Part shown: in pieces, positions 48,630 to 61,689 of the stretch
How positions within the stretch are numbered: position 1 is the first letter of the stretch
How the letters are laid out: every line of letters begins with the position of its first letter
Assembly (NCBI GenBank): GCA_030390025.1
Contig: CM059432.1
Location: forward strand, 141,548,001 to 141,612,000
DNA length: 64,000 nt
Source: Squalus acanthias
Taxonomy: Eukaryota
Direction of reading: 5' to 3'
Notes under the pieces: generated by a model
The model's database searches: none
Seen by the model: only the letters and a program-made list of their open reading frames with translations
What the model was told of the DNA's origin: nothing
Program-made: the position numbers and the translations under genes

Positions 48630-49739
48630 GGGCGAGAAATTGGCCTGTGCTTGCCGGTTTTTCGGGCACTGTTCGGACTGCTAAGGCCCCAATATGGCGG
48701 ACAGAAGCGGGCGCACATTTCCGGTGGGATATACGTCGCCCACCATATTAGGCAAGGACAGACCAGAGGCATCCTTTACCCACCTTTGAAACGGGCGTTA
48801 GACCCATTGCATATGGCCTTAAAGGACCACATTAAAGGACCCAATTGCTACTCCCGACCCTACCACCCCGCCCTCACCCCCCACCACCACCCTCCCGGCA
48901 TCGCCGCTGATCCCCAACCCCAATCTTCCCTCTGCTCCCGACCCAATTCCCGACACTGAACCCCCCGGATCCCCGACCCATGCCCCCATCCCGATCCCCG
49001 ACCCATGCCCCCATCGCGATCCCCGATTCATGCCCCCATCCCGATCCCCGACCCATGCCCCCATCCCGATCCCCGACCCATGCCCCCATCCCGATCCCCG
49101 ACCCATGCCCCCATCCCGATCCCCGACCCATGCCCCCATCCCGATCCCCGACCCATGCCCCCATCCCGATCCCCGACCCATGCCCCATCCCGATCCCCGA
49201 CCCATGCCCCCATCCCGATCCCCGACCCATGCCCCCATCGCGATCCCCGATTCATGCCCCCATCCCGATCCCCGACCCATGCCCCATCCCGATCCCCGAC
49301 CCATGCCCCCATCCCGATCCCCGACCCATGCCCCCATCCCGATCCCCGACCCATGCCCCCATCCCGATCCCCGACCCATGCCCCCATCCCGATCCCCGAC
49401 CCATGCCCCCATCCCGATCCCCGACCCATGCCCCCATCCCGATCCCCGACCCATGCCCCCATCCCGATCCCCGACCCATTCCCCTATCCCTATCCCCATC
49501 TTGATCCTCAACCCAGGCCCTGACCCCTACCAGCACTTACCTGAAGGCTGCTGCGACACGACCAGCGATCCAACCTTGGAGTCCTCTTCACCGAAGGGCC
49601 TTTGATGCTTCGCCGGGAACATTGAAATGAGGCCCGAGGCCCAATATCTGGAGAGCCGAGAGCCACACCATTCAGGCGCGGGGTGCGTGAACTAAGCCCA
49701 CCGTGTGCCCAAAAATGGCCGTGGCCAAATTTTCAAGCC
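48630..49739. mobile_element. Harbinger-like MITE containing a minisatellite
   Basis: Imperfect TIR GGCGAGAAATTGGCC / GGCCAAATTTTCAAGCC; GC-rich interior in AT-richer flanks. Confidence 0.55.
48967..49478. repeat. 25-bp minisatellite (CCCATGCCCCCATCCCGATCCCCGA), about 20 copies
   Basis: Highly homogeneous tandem unit. Confidence 0.95.
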
Positions 49740-50464
49740 AATTTAATCTCTTGCAGGGATTGCTTTTTCTACCCACTCGTTAAACACCTCACCTTCCTGT
49801 CTGAGATTACAAGTATTCGTTTCTTGTGTAAAGTGGCTCTTCACGTAGAGATAAAGCTTTTACTTTGAAATGATCTTCCAGACATAAACGAGCCTCCCTA
49901 GAAGGGGAGGAGACAGATGGACAGTTTTAACTGTCTTTCTGCTGGTACTTTTCATTGTAGATTAGAAATGATACAGAGTTCACTGCCAGTGATGTTTAGT
50001 AGGCTGAGCCTCTAGGAATACAGGAGCTTATACGAAGCTGGGAGCTTTTGATCGTCCTTTGCTACTCTTCAGCAGCACTTAGCAAAAGAAGTAAATTTAA
50101 TCGGAGACAACTGAACAAGGAGTTTGTACTGAACTTTTTGCACTGCAGCAGGAGAGGAGAGTTACCTGCTTTCTACTAAAAATGGAAAGTAACACAGAAG
50201 GATCTGTGAAGCAAAAGTACTGACCAAAAAAAAAAAACCACATATGAAGACTGGCTCCAGTATAAAACTGGCTCAGTGCAAACTAGCTCAGGTTTCTTAT
50301 TAAAATGCTGCCGCTGCACAGAAGAGGAAAAAAAGCAGGAAATCCCTGCTAACCACCTCATGAAGGAACGGATAGAAGATACCTTATTGAGCAGAAGAAC
50401 TTTTAACATGAATGTAAAAGATATATTTCGAAAGATGCAAGAGAATCGTCATTCCTGAGGAGAA

Positions 50465-50467
50465 ATG
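50465..50467 (+). CDS. GASK1A: GASK1A probable exon 1 coding part (ATG only)
   Basis: GAGAA-ATG-GTATGA; splices in phase 0 to 59334 giving [16 protein letters not shown]. Confidence 0.6.
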
Positions 50468-50689
50468 GTATGATTTCATTACTCTTATCAAAGTGATTTT
50501 GTACATTTATTTTGAAATATAAGATTTTCTCTTGGAGACATTCATCAGTGTGAAAGTGAGGCAAAGATTCACAACACATAGACCTGGGTCAGACCTCTGA
50601 AATCCGATGCTGTACTGTCATTCCAAGTCACAGCAGGAGGACAGTGGGATGTTAAAACCATATCATAATGTCAAATTAAGATGTGCTGT

Positions 50690-51630
50690 AAAAGAAAGAC
50701 GTGTATTTATATAACGCCATTCACGACCTCAGGATGTCCCAAAGTTCTTTACAGCCAATGAAGTACTTTTGAAGTGAAACTGTTGTAATGTAGGAAACGT
50801 GGCAGCCAAATTGCGCACAGCAAGCTCCCACAAACAGCAGTGTGATAATGACCAGATAATCTGTTTTTTAGTGATGTCGATTGAGGGATAAATATTGAGC
50901 AGAACACCGGGGGGGTCTCCCCTGCTAGTGCCATGGGATCTTTTAAGTCTACCTGGGAGGGCAGATGGGGCCTCAGTTTAATGTCTCATCCGAAAGACGG
51001 CACCTCTGACAGTGCAGCACTCCCTCCGTACTGCGCTGGAGTGTCAGCCTGGATTTTTATGCTCAAGTCTCTGGAGTGGGACGATGAACCCACAACGTTC
51101 TAACCCAGAGGCGAAAGTGCTACCCACTGAGCCACGACTAACACTATAGTACTGCTTCCAGTAGATAGGTACTTGGTGCCATTGTGAGAATCCGAATAAC
51201 AGTGGCTGCTTGGCTCAGTGGGAGTACTGGTGTCTCTGCAGCAGAAGGTATGTGGGTTCGAGCCCCACTCCCGGATTTCGAGCACTTAATCTGGGCTGAC
51301 ACTTCAGTACCATTCTGAGCAAGCGTTGCATTGCCAGAGTTGCCTTCTTTTGGTGGAGACGTTAAACCGAGAACCTATCTGCCTGGTCAGTTGAATGCCA
51401 AAGATTCCATGGTGCTTTTTTGAAGAGGTGCACGGAGCCCTGCCAGTGACCTGGCCAACATTCATCCTTCAACCAACACCAACACAAATTGATTCATCTG
51501 ACTGCTGTTAGTGGGAGCTTGCTTTGCGCAAATTGGCTGCAGCGTTTGCTGACATAACACTTCGAATGTAATTCATTGGCTGAAAAACACTGGGACGTTG
51601 CGAGGATGTGAAAGGCGATTATATAAATAA
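50690..51630. mobile_element. Two head-to-head DeuSINE-like SINEs (about 50690-51140 minus; about 51200-51630 plus)
   Basis: Similar to 35845-36300. Confidence 0.75.
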
Positions 51631-52469
51631 AAGACTTCATGTCAAAGTTTAAACTAATCCCATTACCAGCTGTGCTACGTGTGTTACACACGAGGTAGAC
51701 TTCAGGATATTTATTTGAGAGGTTCCGAGAATTCTTGTGAACCAAATCCCCTCCGTTCAGTATGGGTGCGTTTTGAGTTTTTGGCTGGGCTTCTAATCCG
51801 AAGCAAAGGAAATGGACAGGACAGAAAAATAGTAAACAAGGACTCAAACATAAAAACAACATGTAAATAAGGGGAGATTTTCCTGGGTCTGCCCCCCGGC
51901 ACATTAGATTGCTTGGTGCAGCAAATATCAAAAAATCGGGGCAGTTAGAGTGCACTCCTGTAAAGGAATCTGCCTGATTATCTTTTGATTTAAATTAATA
52001 GAAGGAAAAGCGGGCAGGATCGATTACAGGTGTGCGCGCCAACCCGTCCAATCTTTTGATACTTGCTGCTCTCCAGCGATCCTGGGCGCAGACCGAGGAA
52101 AGTTTAATACACTACAACACTGAGCAAAAATGTACTTTTAAGAGGTGGGTGTCTGTAGTTATAGAACGTGGGATTCCCAAATCGGGTGCCAACGTATTGA
52201 CTCTAATGGAACAGACGTGATGGGCCGAATGGCCTCCAATGCGCTGTAAACATCTACTTTCATTGTGTAAGTGCTGCCAAATCATGGCCGTGATGTAGAT
52301 GATAATGTGGCAGTGAATGTGCCATCTTGGAGAGGGGGAATAATTGGTATTATGCAATGGTATGGCCTCATTGTTGTTCCCACAAGTCCAAGGGGTGCGG
52401 ATTTGGCGCACAACTGGTTTAGCCATCCATCAACAGCTCTGGCTGGACCACAGCAAGCACTATTGAGTC

Positions 52470-53515
52470 TCATTCTCCTCTGCCGAATCCACCCTCATCA
52501 GCCCTTTCCTCAAAAAACCCACCCTTGACCCTTCTGTCCTTGCAAACTACCACACCATCTCCAACCTCCCTTTCCTCTCCAACGTTCTTGAACCTGTTGT
52601 CACCTCCCAAATCTGTGCCCATCTTTCTCGCAACTCCACGTTTGAATTTCTCCAATCAGGTTTCCATCTCTTGACACAACCTAGAAACAGCCCCAACCAA
52701 AGTCACAAATGATATCCTCTGAGAGACTGTGACTGTGGTGCATCTTCCCTCCTTGTCCTCGACCTCTCTGCATCCTTTGACACAGTCAACCACATCATCC
52801 TCCTCCTCCAATGCCTTTCCTCTGTTGTCCGGCTCTGTGGAACTGCCCTCACTTTGTCCCACTCTTACCTATCCGATCATAAGTAGAGCATCTCCAGCAA
52901 TGGCTTCTCTTTCTACCCCGCACCGTTACCTCCGGAGTTCCCCAAGGATTTATCCTTGGTCTCCTCATTTACACGCTGCTCTACCTTTCCACCACTTCTC
53001 TTGACCCCTCCATTGCCCCTATATTGTCAGACTGCTTGTCCGATATCCAGTCTTGGATTAGCCACATTTTACTTTGGTTAAATATTGGGAAGACTGGAGA
53101 TGTCGTTTTGTCCCCGCTACGCACTCCGTACCCTTACCACTGATTTCATCCCCGTTGCCTCAGGTTGAACCAGACTGTTTGGAATCTTGGCATCCTATTC
53201 AACCCTGAGCTGAGCTTCCGATCCCATATCCAATCCATCGCAACGACCGCCTACTTCCACCTCCATAACATCGCCCATCTCCGCTCCTGTCTCAGCCCAT
53301 CTGCCGCTGAAACCCTCATCCATGCCTTTGTCAGCTCTAGGCTTGACTATTCCAATGCTCTCCTGGCCAGCCTCCTATCCGCTACCCTCCATAAACTCCA
53401 GCTCATCCAAAACTCTGCTGCCTGTATCCTATCCTCCACCGGGTCCCGCTCACCCATTTTCCTTGCCAACCTACATTGGCTCCTGATCCCCCAACGCCTG
53501 CAGTTTAAAAGTCTC
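52470..53515 (+). mobile_element. Decayed L2 LINE
   Basis: HAFVSSRLDYSNALL...QNSAACIL. Confidence 0.85.
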
Positions 53516-54207
53516 ACTTGATGCTTAGCATTTTTCTCCATAGGACTATTTCAAATAACATTCTCGAGGTTGTTTCTGAAATTTTATTTCCTCGGGTGGT
53601 AATTTGTCCTGAAAACTATTTACAGGCCTCTGTTAATACCAGTTGCTTAGGTAATAAGAGCAGCAGTGGATGTCTTGCCATCATGAGGAGTTGCCTCAAC
53701 TACTCAAAACTATTTTGTTAAAGACAACAGTGTCCAACTATTGATGTTGAAATTTTAGAACAAGATCTCATTCGTGAACAGTGGGAGTAAACCCAGAGAG
53801 TGGTTAGAATGTGGAACTTACTACCACAACAACAACAACAACAACAACTTGTATTTATATAGCGCCTTTAACATAGGAAAATGTCCCAAGCGCTTCACAG
53901 GAGTATTATCAAAACAATATTTGACATCGAGCCATATAAGGAGATATTAGGGCAAATGACCAAAAGCTTGGTCAAAGAGGTATTAATAAGCGTCTTAAAG
54001 GAGAAAAGAGAGGCTTAGGGAGGGAATTCCAGAGCTTCGGACCTAGGCAGCTGAAGGCATGGACACCAATGGTGGAGCGATTAAAATCGGGGATGTTCAA
54101 GAGGCCAGAATTGGTGGAGCGCAGGGATCCCCGGGGGACTGTAGGGCTGGAAGAAACTACAGAGATAGGGAGGGAGGGCCGAGGCCGTGGAGGGATTTGA
54201 AAGCATT

Positions 54208-57200
54208 GGCCTAGAAATTGGAGATTGCTAAAAACCTGCCGGTGCCACCGCAGGCCGGAGTTAACCGCCGCCAAAATTGATGCCGCTGGCAGGACCGGTA
54301 AATTGACGCTGGTTGCTAATTAACATTAGCCCAGCGCTAAACTTAGCACGCAAGGCCGTTTTCGTGGTGTCAGTCCTGGAAGGACGCCCAGGGTAATGTG
54401 GTCCTAGCGTCATTGCAGCAAGAACAGCATTCTTAAAAGCAAGGCTGTCATTTCAGAAAGCAGTTCAGTCCCTTAAAGGGGAACTGCATTCTAGAATGAA
54501 ATAAATAAAAATCATTTAAATTTAGGCAGTTTTTAGCCCTTACAGCTGAACTGCCTTCAAAAAAAAAACTTTAAAAAGAATTCCCAAATGGCAGTCTTCA
54601 GCTCTTAAAGCTGAATTGCCTTCCGCACCTAAAAAAAAAAATGGGAAAAGTGCTTCAGCACTAACACAAATGGCCAAGCAAGCCAGGGAAGGGGCACCCA
54701 GGGTCTGGCACGCAGCACTCCAGCTTTGTGAAGGGGGTCAACACTGCAAGAGAGAGCCTCTACCCACAGGGGCCAGGAGGCCCTCCAGAAAGAACGATGT
54801 GGGACCAGATCACCGAGGCCGTCACTGCCAGCAGTGTCACCCCCACCACCTGGCTCCAGCGCCCAAAGAATCTTCATGACCTCAGACCAGTGCTCAAGGT
54901 CAGTGAATGCATCCTCAAAAGCCGTCTCCTACCAACTGCACCACTAGTCTCGCGCACTTCTCAATGCATGACTCCCCCCACCCCAATCACTCACCTACCA
55001 ACAATCTGTACTAGCTTCACCTCACCCTCTTGGAGAAGACGGTGCAGGCCATTCTTGGCAGGGGCATGGCTGAGCCCTTGGCCAGCAGCAGGGCTGAAAG
55101 GATACAAGATGCTGGTATCCTCATACATTCTTCTTAGGCAGTCCCTCGGAACCGAGGATGACTTGCTTCCACATTAAAAATGAGTTCTCAGGTGACTGAT
55201 GAGTCCAATGCGGGACCTACAGTCTCTGTCACAGGTGGGGCAGACGGTGTTTGAAGGGGCGGGTGGGTGGGGTGCTTGGTTTGACGTGCGCTCCTTCCGC
55301 TGTTTGCGCTTGGCTTCCGCTTGCTCCCGGTGAAGAGACTTGAGGTGTTCAGTGCCTTCCCGGATGCTTCACCTCCACGTTGTGCAGTCTTGGGCCAGGG
55401 ATTCCCAGGTGTCAGTGGGGATGTTGCACTTTTTCAAGGAGGCTTTGAGGGTGTCCTTGAAGTGTTTCCTCTGCCCACCTGCGGCTCTCTTGCCGTGTAT
55501 GAGCTCCAAGTAGAGCGCTTGTTTTGGGAGTCTCGTATCGGGCATGCGGACGATGTGACCCGTCCATCGGAGCTGATTGAGCGTGGTCAAAGCTTCGATG
55601 CTGGGGATGTTGGCCTGAGCGAGAACACTGACGTTGGTGCGCCTATCCTGCCAATGGATTTGCAGGATCTTGCGGAGGCAGCGTTGGTAACTCTCCAGTG
55701 CTTTGAGGTGCCTGCTGTACATGGTCCATGTCTCTGAGGCATACAGCAGGGCGGGTATCACTGCTGCTCTGCAGACCATGAGCTTAGTGCCGGGTTTGAG
55801 GTCCTGGTCTTCAAACACTCTCTTCCTCAGGCGACCAAAGGCTGCACTGGCACACTGAAGGCGGTGTTGGACTTCGTCATCGATGTCTGCCCTTGTTGAC
55901 AGTAGGCTCCCGAGGTATGGAAAATGGTCCACGTTGTTCAAGGCCTTGTCGTGGATTTTGATAATCGGGGGGCAGTACTGTGTTGCGGGGGCTGGTTGGT
56001 AGAGGACCTTTGTCTTACAGATGTTCAGTGTAAGGCCCATGCTCTCGTACACTTCGGTGAAGGTGTTGACGATGGTTTGGAGTTCGACCTCCGAGTGAGC
56101 GCAGACGCAAGCGTCGTCTGCATACTGTAGTTCGATGACAGAGGATGGGACGACCTTGGATCTGGACTGGAGGCGACGGAGGTTGAACAGTTTCCCGTTT
56201 GTTCTGTAAATTAGCTCCACTCCAGCGGGGAGCCTACTGAGGGTGAGATGGAGCATTGCAGCAAGGAAGATCGAGAAGAGCGTTGGTGCGATGACACAGC
56301 CTTGCTTGATTCTGGTCTGTACGTGAATTGGGTCTGTGGTGGAACCGTTGGTCAGGATCACGGCTTGCATGTCATCGTGAAGCAGGCGGAGGATGGTGAC
56401 AAACTTTTGAGGGCAGCCGAATTTGAGGAGGACACTCCATAATCCCTCACGGTTGACAGTGTCAAAGGCCTTTGTGAGATCAAAGAAGGCCATGTACAGT
56501 GGTTGGTGCTGTTCCCTGCATTTCTCTTATAATTGACGTGCGGTGAAGATCATGTCCATTGTGCCCCTTAGTGGGCGGAATCCGCATTGCGACTCTGGGA
56601 GGAGCTCTTTCCACTGGAAGAAGGCGATTGAGGAGGATTCTCGCAATGACTTTCCCTGTGGCAGACAGCAGGGAAACTCCTCCGTAATTACCGCAATCGG
56701 ACTTGTCACCTTTCTTGAAGATGGTCACAATTACGGTGTTTCTGAGATCCCCTGGCATGCTCTCCTCCTTCCAGATAAGAGAAATGAGTTCATGAATTCG
56801 CGCCAGTAGTGCTTCGCCGCCATGCTTTAGTGCCTCGGCGGGGATTCCACCTGCTCCTGAGGCCTTGTTGTTCTTCAGTTGTCGGATGGCCTTTTCAACC
56901 TCATGCCGGGCTGGGGTTGTGCTGAGATGGTGGCGGGTAGCATGCTACGGGATGGAGTTGACACTCGCGTCGAAGACAGAGTCTCGGTTAAGGAGATCTT
57001 CGAAGTGCTCCTTCCAGCGGGCACTGACTGCCTCTCTGTCCTTGATGAGTACCTCTCCATTCTTGGCCCGCAGTGGGGTAGGACCTTGGGTGCTTGGGCC
57101 GTAGATGGTCTTGACTGCGCTAAAGAATCCACGCATGTCGTGGTTGTCGGCTAGATGCTGGTATCCTCATACATTATCCTGCTTCTCGCATGCACCTCTT

Positions 57201-58396
57201 GCATTCCCACCCTCCCCTCACCACAACTCCACTCTTGTGCCTTCCTCATTTCACACACCCAAGAAATGCAGCCTGCCTAGCCAGTGGTTGACCATGAAGA
57301 GGGAGAGGAGAGTGAAGAAGAAGAAGAAACACCATCACTTGATTTGACACTCCCAGCCACCAGCTCCTCAAGGTCGACCAGCAAGGCCATTTGCAGCGTC
57401 CCCCACTGAAAGTCAGCAGCCTTCCACTAGCCATGCTGGGTTAGCACTGCGTGACATCAGTAGGATAGGCAAAGGCACACACAAGACAGTCATTAAGGGA
57501 ATGCATAAGAGTGATTAGTTGATTTCTTGATGTCATATATTGGATGGATAGATGTATAAAGTTGGATTGGAAAGTTTGCTTTGTGGTGGCTTTTATTTCA
57601 GCATTGTGGTCAAGATGACGCTGTGATGGTCAGGAAGGTGTGGAACAAATGTTGAAAGGGGAATTGGGGTTGTGGTCACTGGGACCGCATGCGGATGATT
57701 CCATCCCGGATATCCAGGCCGGAAAGGGGTTGTCTGGGTTGCATCCTTCCTTCTGCTTCCTCCTCTTCTGCGCCTTCCTCTTCCCTCTTGTGAGCGGATG
57801 CTGTAAATCTGAAATGAAAGCATAAAATTCTGTAAATGCTCAGCAGGTCAGGCAGCATCTTGATCTGAGATGTGAACTCTCTTCCTCTCGCCACAGATGC
57901 TGCCGGACCTGCTGAGTATTTCCAGCATTTTCTGTCTTCTCAGAGGCCTTCCTTTACCATCCGAGGTCTTGCAAACATTCAGCAGCACTCCCTGCACACT
58001 TAAAAAAAACTGTTGAGATGCATTGCACCAAGCCACTACTTCAATAAAATATAAAATATCCAGTCTAGAAGCTTAAATGCAAACTTAGCTGAAAGATGTG
58101 TGTGTCCCTTTAAGAAGTGCTGCCGTCGTTTCTGTCAGTCTGCTGCATGCTCGCTTTTAAGAGCGAGCTGAGGACCTAGCGCTAAACTCAGCGCTAAGGT
58201 CCAAGTTCGCCGACTGACATCATGCTCTCCATATTTGCATCTCCAGGGCCAGCTCTGCTATCGGCAGCACTAAGGCCATCACCAAAATGGCGGCCGCCGA
58301 GTCCGACGCCAGAGAAGGGCGTTAGAGTGGCGGCCGTCATTTTTCGCCAGGACTGCAGCGGTAACTCGTAGCGGTAAGGTAGGGAATTTCTGGGCC
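54208..58396. mobile_element. Decayed PIF/Harbinger transposon inserted in an L2 tail; Myb/SANT remnant (+, about 54670-54900) and transposase C-terminal remnant (-, about 57676-57790)
   Basis: TIR GGCCTAGAAATT / AATTTCTGGGCC; flanks ATT/ATG; WDQITEAVTASSVTP.TW.Q motif. Confidence 0.8.
55130..57152 (-). mobile_element. 5'-truncated RTE-clade LINE with 23-bp flanking duplication
   Basis: AFFDLTKAFDTV, KQGCVIAPTLF, LQYADD; AGATGCTGGTATCCTCATACATT at 55107-55129 and 57153-57175; (AAG)n tail. Confidence 0.92.
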
Positions 58397-59333
58397 ATGG
58401 ATTTTAAAATTGAGGCATTGCCTAACTGGGAGTAGTTGAGGTGACCAGCATAGATGCATTTAAGGGGAGGCTAGATAAATACATGAGGGGGAAAGGAATA
58501 GAAATTTATGTTACTAGGGTGAGATGAATTAGGGTGGGAGGAGGCTCATGTGGAGCATAAACACTGGCACAGACCAGTTGGGCCGAATGGCCTGTATCTG
58601 TGCTGTACATTCTATGTAGTTGCTGATTATTTTGTGTTATCAACTCCATTTTTATGTTTTGTTTATTTCATAATACCACATGAGCAGTATTTTGAATGGC
58701 CCATGCAGCCCCTTAAAGGGACGGCGTGGCGCCAAAAAGAATTAGAGGGGATTGCCTCCGACCTCCCCCATGAAGCCGCCAACCTCCGATCTCCGATCCC
58801 CCCCTCTGGCCTTCCGACCCCTCTCCGGCTTTCCGACCACCGCCCACCTCCCCCCCCTCCCCCCCCCACCCCCAACCTCCAGCCCCCAACCTCGCCGGCG
58901 ATCCCCAGCCTTCCGAACTCCCCATCCCCCCCCTCCCCACTGCGGCCTGGTGCCACAGGCCTACCCCCGATAGCCAGCCAGGCTCTCCATCTGGCCAGCT
59001 GCGGGCGGGAAACAGAGAATGAAAATGTTAATCAGGCCCTGCCGTTAAATTCGGCAGGGCCTGACGGAAACCCGATCTCCTGGGTTTCCATACCCCTTTC
59101 CAGCCGCCCCCCCCCCACCCGACCCCCGCATCCTACCCGCCTTCAAGTTAACATTCCGGCCAATGTTTCAGGTCGATGACCTTTTGTCAGAACTGGTTTA
59201 TATTAGTTAGTTTTACAAAACCAATGCATTTTTCATCAACCCTTGTGGTAATGCGGATTGAGATTTTTATGAAGCTGTACCAAGGTGGTGCAAATTTTGT
59301 TGAATTACTGTTTTTTTCTCTCTCTCCTTTCAG

Positions 59334-60830
59334 GCACCCAGATTTTCATTGAAGAGAAGGTTAAGGAAGATGCCTGTGGCTGTTTGCTGTTTCTTCACTG
59401 CCCTGTCCATGGTGGTGATAAACACTTACCCGTCTCTTCATTTTGACGACAATATATCTGGCCTTGATTATCGAGTGCCCAGCCAGCTATATGGAAAACT
59501 TAATCAGCAAAGAAGACTGTGGAGAAACACTGGCTCCTTCCCCAAGCAAACAAATACCATCTACAGACACGACAAATTACTGCCAATGGAAAACAGTCAT
59601 CTAAAGAGATGGCGTTCGAGTGAGAAGCCACACAACTACATGGAAGCATTTCAAGAGCAGTACAGCTATGGAGAAACGCACAAAGCTTCCAGCGTGTCAG
59701 AGCGTAGAAAGAAAAGGCCGCAGAAAAGGCACAGAAGTAGAAAGATTATGCTGCCTGAAGCTCTGAAAAGCCGGACACAGGAAGTCAACAAGGTTGCTGA
59801 GCCACCTGGGGTGGCTGGGTCGCTGAGGATTGTCCCGCTATGTTATCAGTCCTCGGTGGAAAAAGCCATTTTACAAGTTCCTAAGTCGAATGGGAACACA
59901 GCAGCCATCCAAGATGCTGGGAAGATGTCCGAAATATTTCCTATTTTGAATTATACAGCAGATACGAAGGACGTGCAGTTTCCGCAGCCTCACTGCAAAC
60001 AAGCCATTCAGAGCACCGCTGCTAAAAAACGAATTTTACCACAATTTAAAATTCCTTCAAATCAGAAAGGAATGCTTATTCAGAATGTTAGGGGCAATGA
60101 CTACAAGGGACCTTGGAAAATACCATTCTTTAACAGTGCAAGGATGAAGTACCTGGATTTTTCCTTGATAAACAATGGGAAAAGTGAGCGACAGACTACT
60201 TCACGAGCGAGCAGAAGGATAACCGAGCCTAAGATCTGTGACAGTGTTGAAACCAGTCTTCCAATTTCAGAGATGGAAGATAGCGTTAGGCTCCATGAGG
60301 ATCCTCCACCTTGGTTTGATTCGAGTGACATTGAGAAGATGAAACTTTTGGCTAATGGGTCAGTAATTGCCAAAGCACGGATACCAGCTCATGGGCAAGT
60401 AATCAAAGTAGGTCTAAGCTTTCGTTCTCCCATTGTGATCCATGACCTCATGGCGCATTGTCAAGAGGGATTGTGCGGCCTGATAAAGCGGCCCAGTGAT
60501 CTCGATGAAGTCTTAGCTTTCCATTTGGACCGGGTGCTGGGTCTAAACCGGAGTCTGCCCGTGGTAGCCCGAAGATTTAGTGATGCATTGCTCCCGTACA
60601 AGTTCACAGACGGCGTGACCAGGCCAATTGTTTGGTGGGATGCAGACATTCAACATCTGGATGATCCCAACAACGACCAAAACTCGTTCGAGTTGAGCTG
60701 GTTTCAATACCAGGCGGTGCTGCGACAACAGTGCGACATTAATGGGGCGCACAAGAATCACACCGTGCCCTGCCTTAGTGTGAAACACTCCGAGTGGGGA
60801 AAGTTAGCTCTTTTTGATTTTCTTTTACAG
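59334..60830 (+). CDS. GASK1A: Golgi-associated kinase 1A (FAM198A), large exon 2; gene continues beyond the window
   Basis: Polypyrimidine-AG 59332-59333, GT 60831; N-terminal hydrophobic segment; PPWF...[29 protein letters not shown]...LALFDFLLQ. Confidence 0.92.
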
Positions 60831-61009
60831 GTAAGGCTTCTCTCTTGAGGGTAGAGCTAATCTTCCACAACCTTTAACAAACTTACACTTGGAAAGAATA
60901 GACACGACGGGTAATTTTACAGGTTTCTGTGGGAAGAGTTGCAGTGCTTGGAGGGCATATTGGATATTGTTCAGAAGTTAGCTGGTGACCCTCATGTGGA
61001 AATATTTAT

Positions 61010-61340
61010 GACAACAAGTTGTATTTATATAGCGCCTTTAACGTAGTAAAATGTCCCAAGGCGCTTCACAGGAGCGAGTATCAAACAAGATTTGACACCG
61101 AGCCACATAAGGAGGCATTAGGACAGGAGACCAAAAACTTGGTCAAAGAGGTAGGTTATAAGGAGCGTCTTAAAGGAGGAGAGAGAAGTAGAGAGGTGGA
61201 GAGGTTTAGGGAGGGAATTCCAGAGCTCAGGGCCTTGGCAGCTGAAGGCACGGCCACCAATGGTGGAGCGATTAAAATCGGGGAAGCTCAAGAGGCCAGA
61301 ACTGGAGGAGCGCGGAGATCTCGGAGGGTTGTAGGGCTGT
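61010..61340 (-). mobile_element. L2 3' fragment
   Basis: GGRAFS...GPELWNSLP; similar to the 27905 tail. Confidence 0.8.
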
Positions 61341-61689
61341 TTATTTTTTATCATATCACACTGCTGCCCTAGACTGCTCCCTGTGGCCTTTGCGAATGCT
61401 TAATAAAGATGATAACAACAACAACTTGCATTCATGTAGCACCTTGATGGTCAAAAGTCTCAATGGTAAGCAGTGCCCGTGACTGTCGGGCCATTCAGTT
61501 GGAAAATTGCAGGAGCTTGAATTTTTGATACGCCCCAGCAACGAATATTCGGAAAATCACCTCCATAAAGAACGAGCGAGCTTGCATTTGTAAATGGCCG
61601 CTTTGTAAGGCAAAGTTGGGCAGGGCGCAACTCACCACCACGATCCTCAAGACCCTAGCCCAAAGCCGGAGCCCGGCACTGATCGTGGG

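Noticed and set aside
48819..49605. Multiple Pro-rich and Gly/Trp-rich ORFs
   Set aside because: Translations of the 25-bp minisatellite on both strands
58550..59179. 209-aa Pro-rich ORF
   Set aside because: Spans a CR1 tail, a C-rich low-complexity segment and a Penelope tail; no recognisable domain
59349..60848. Single-exon 499-aa gene as given in the ORF track
   Set aside because: Bounded by a strong acceptor and donor and the kinase-like domain is incomplete; it is an internal exon
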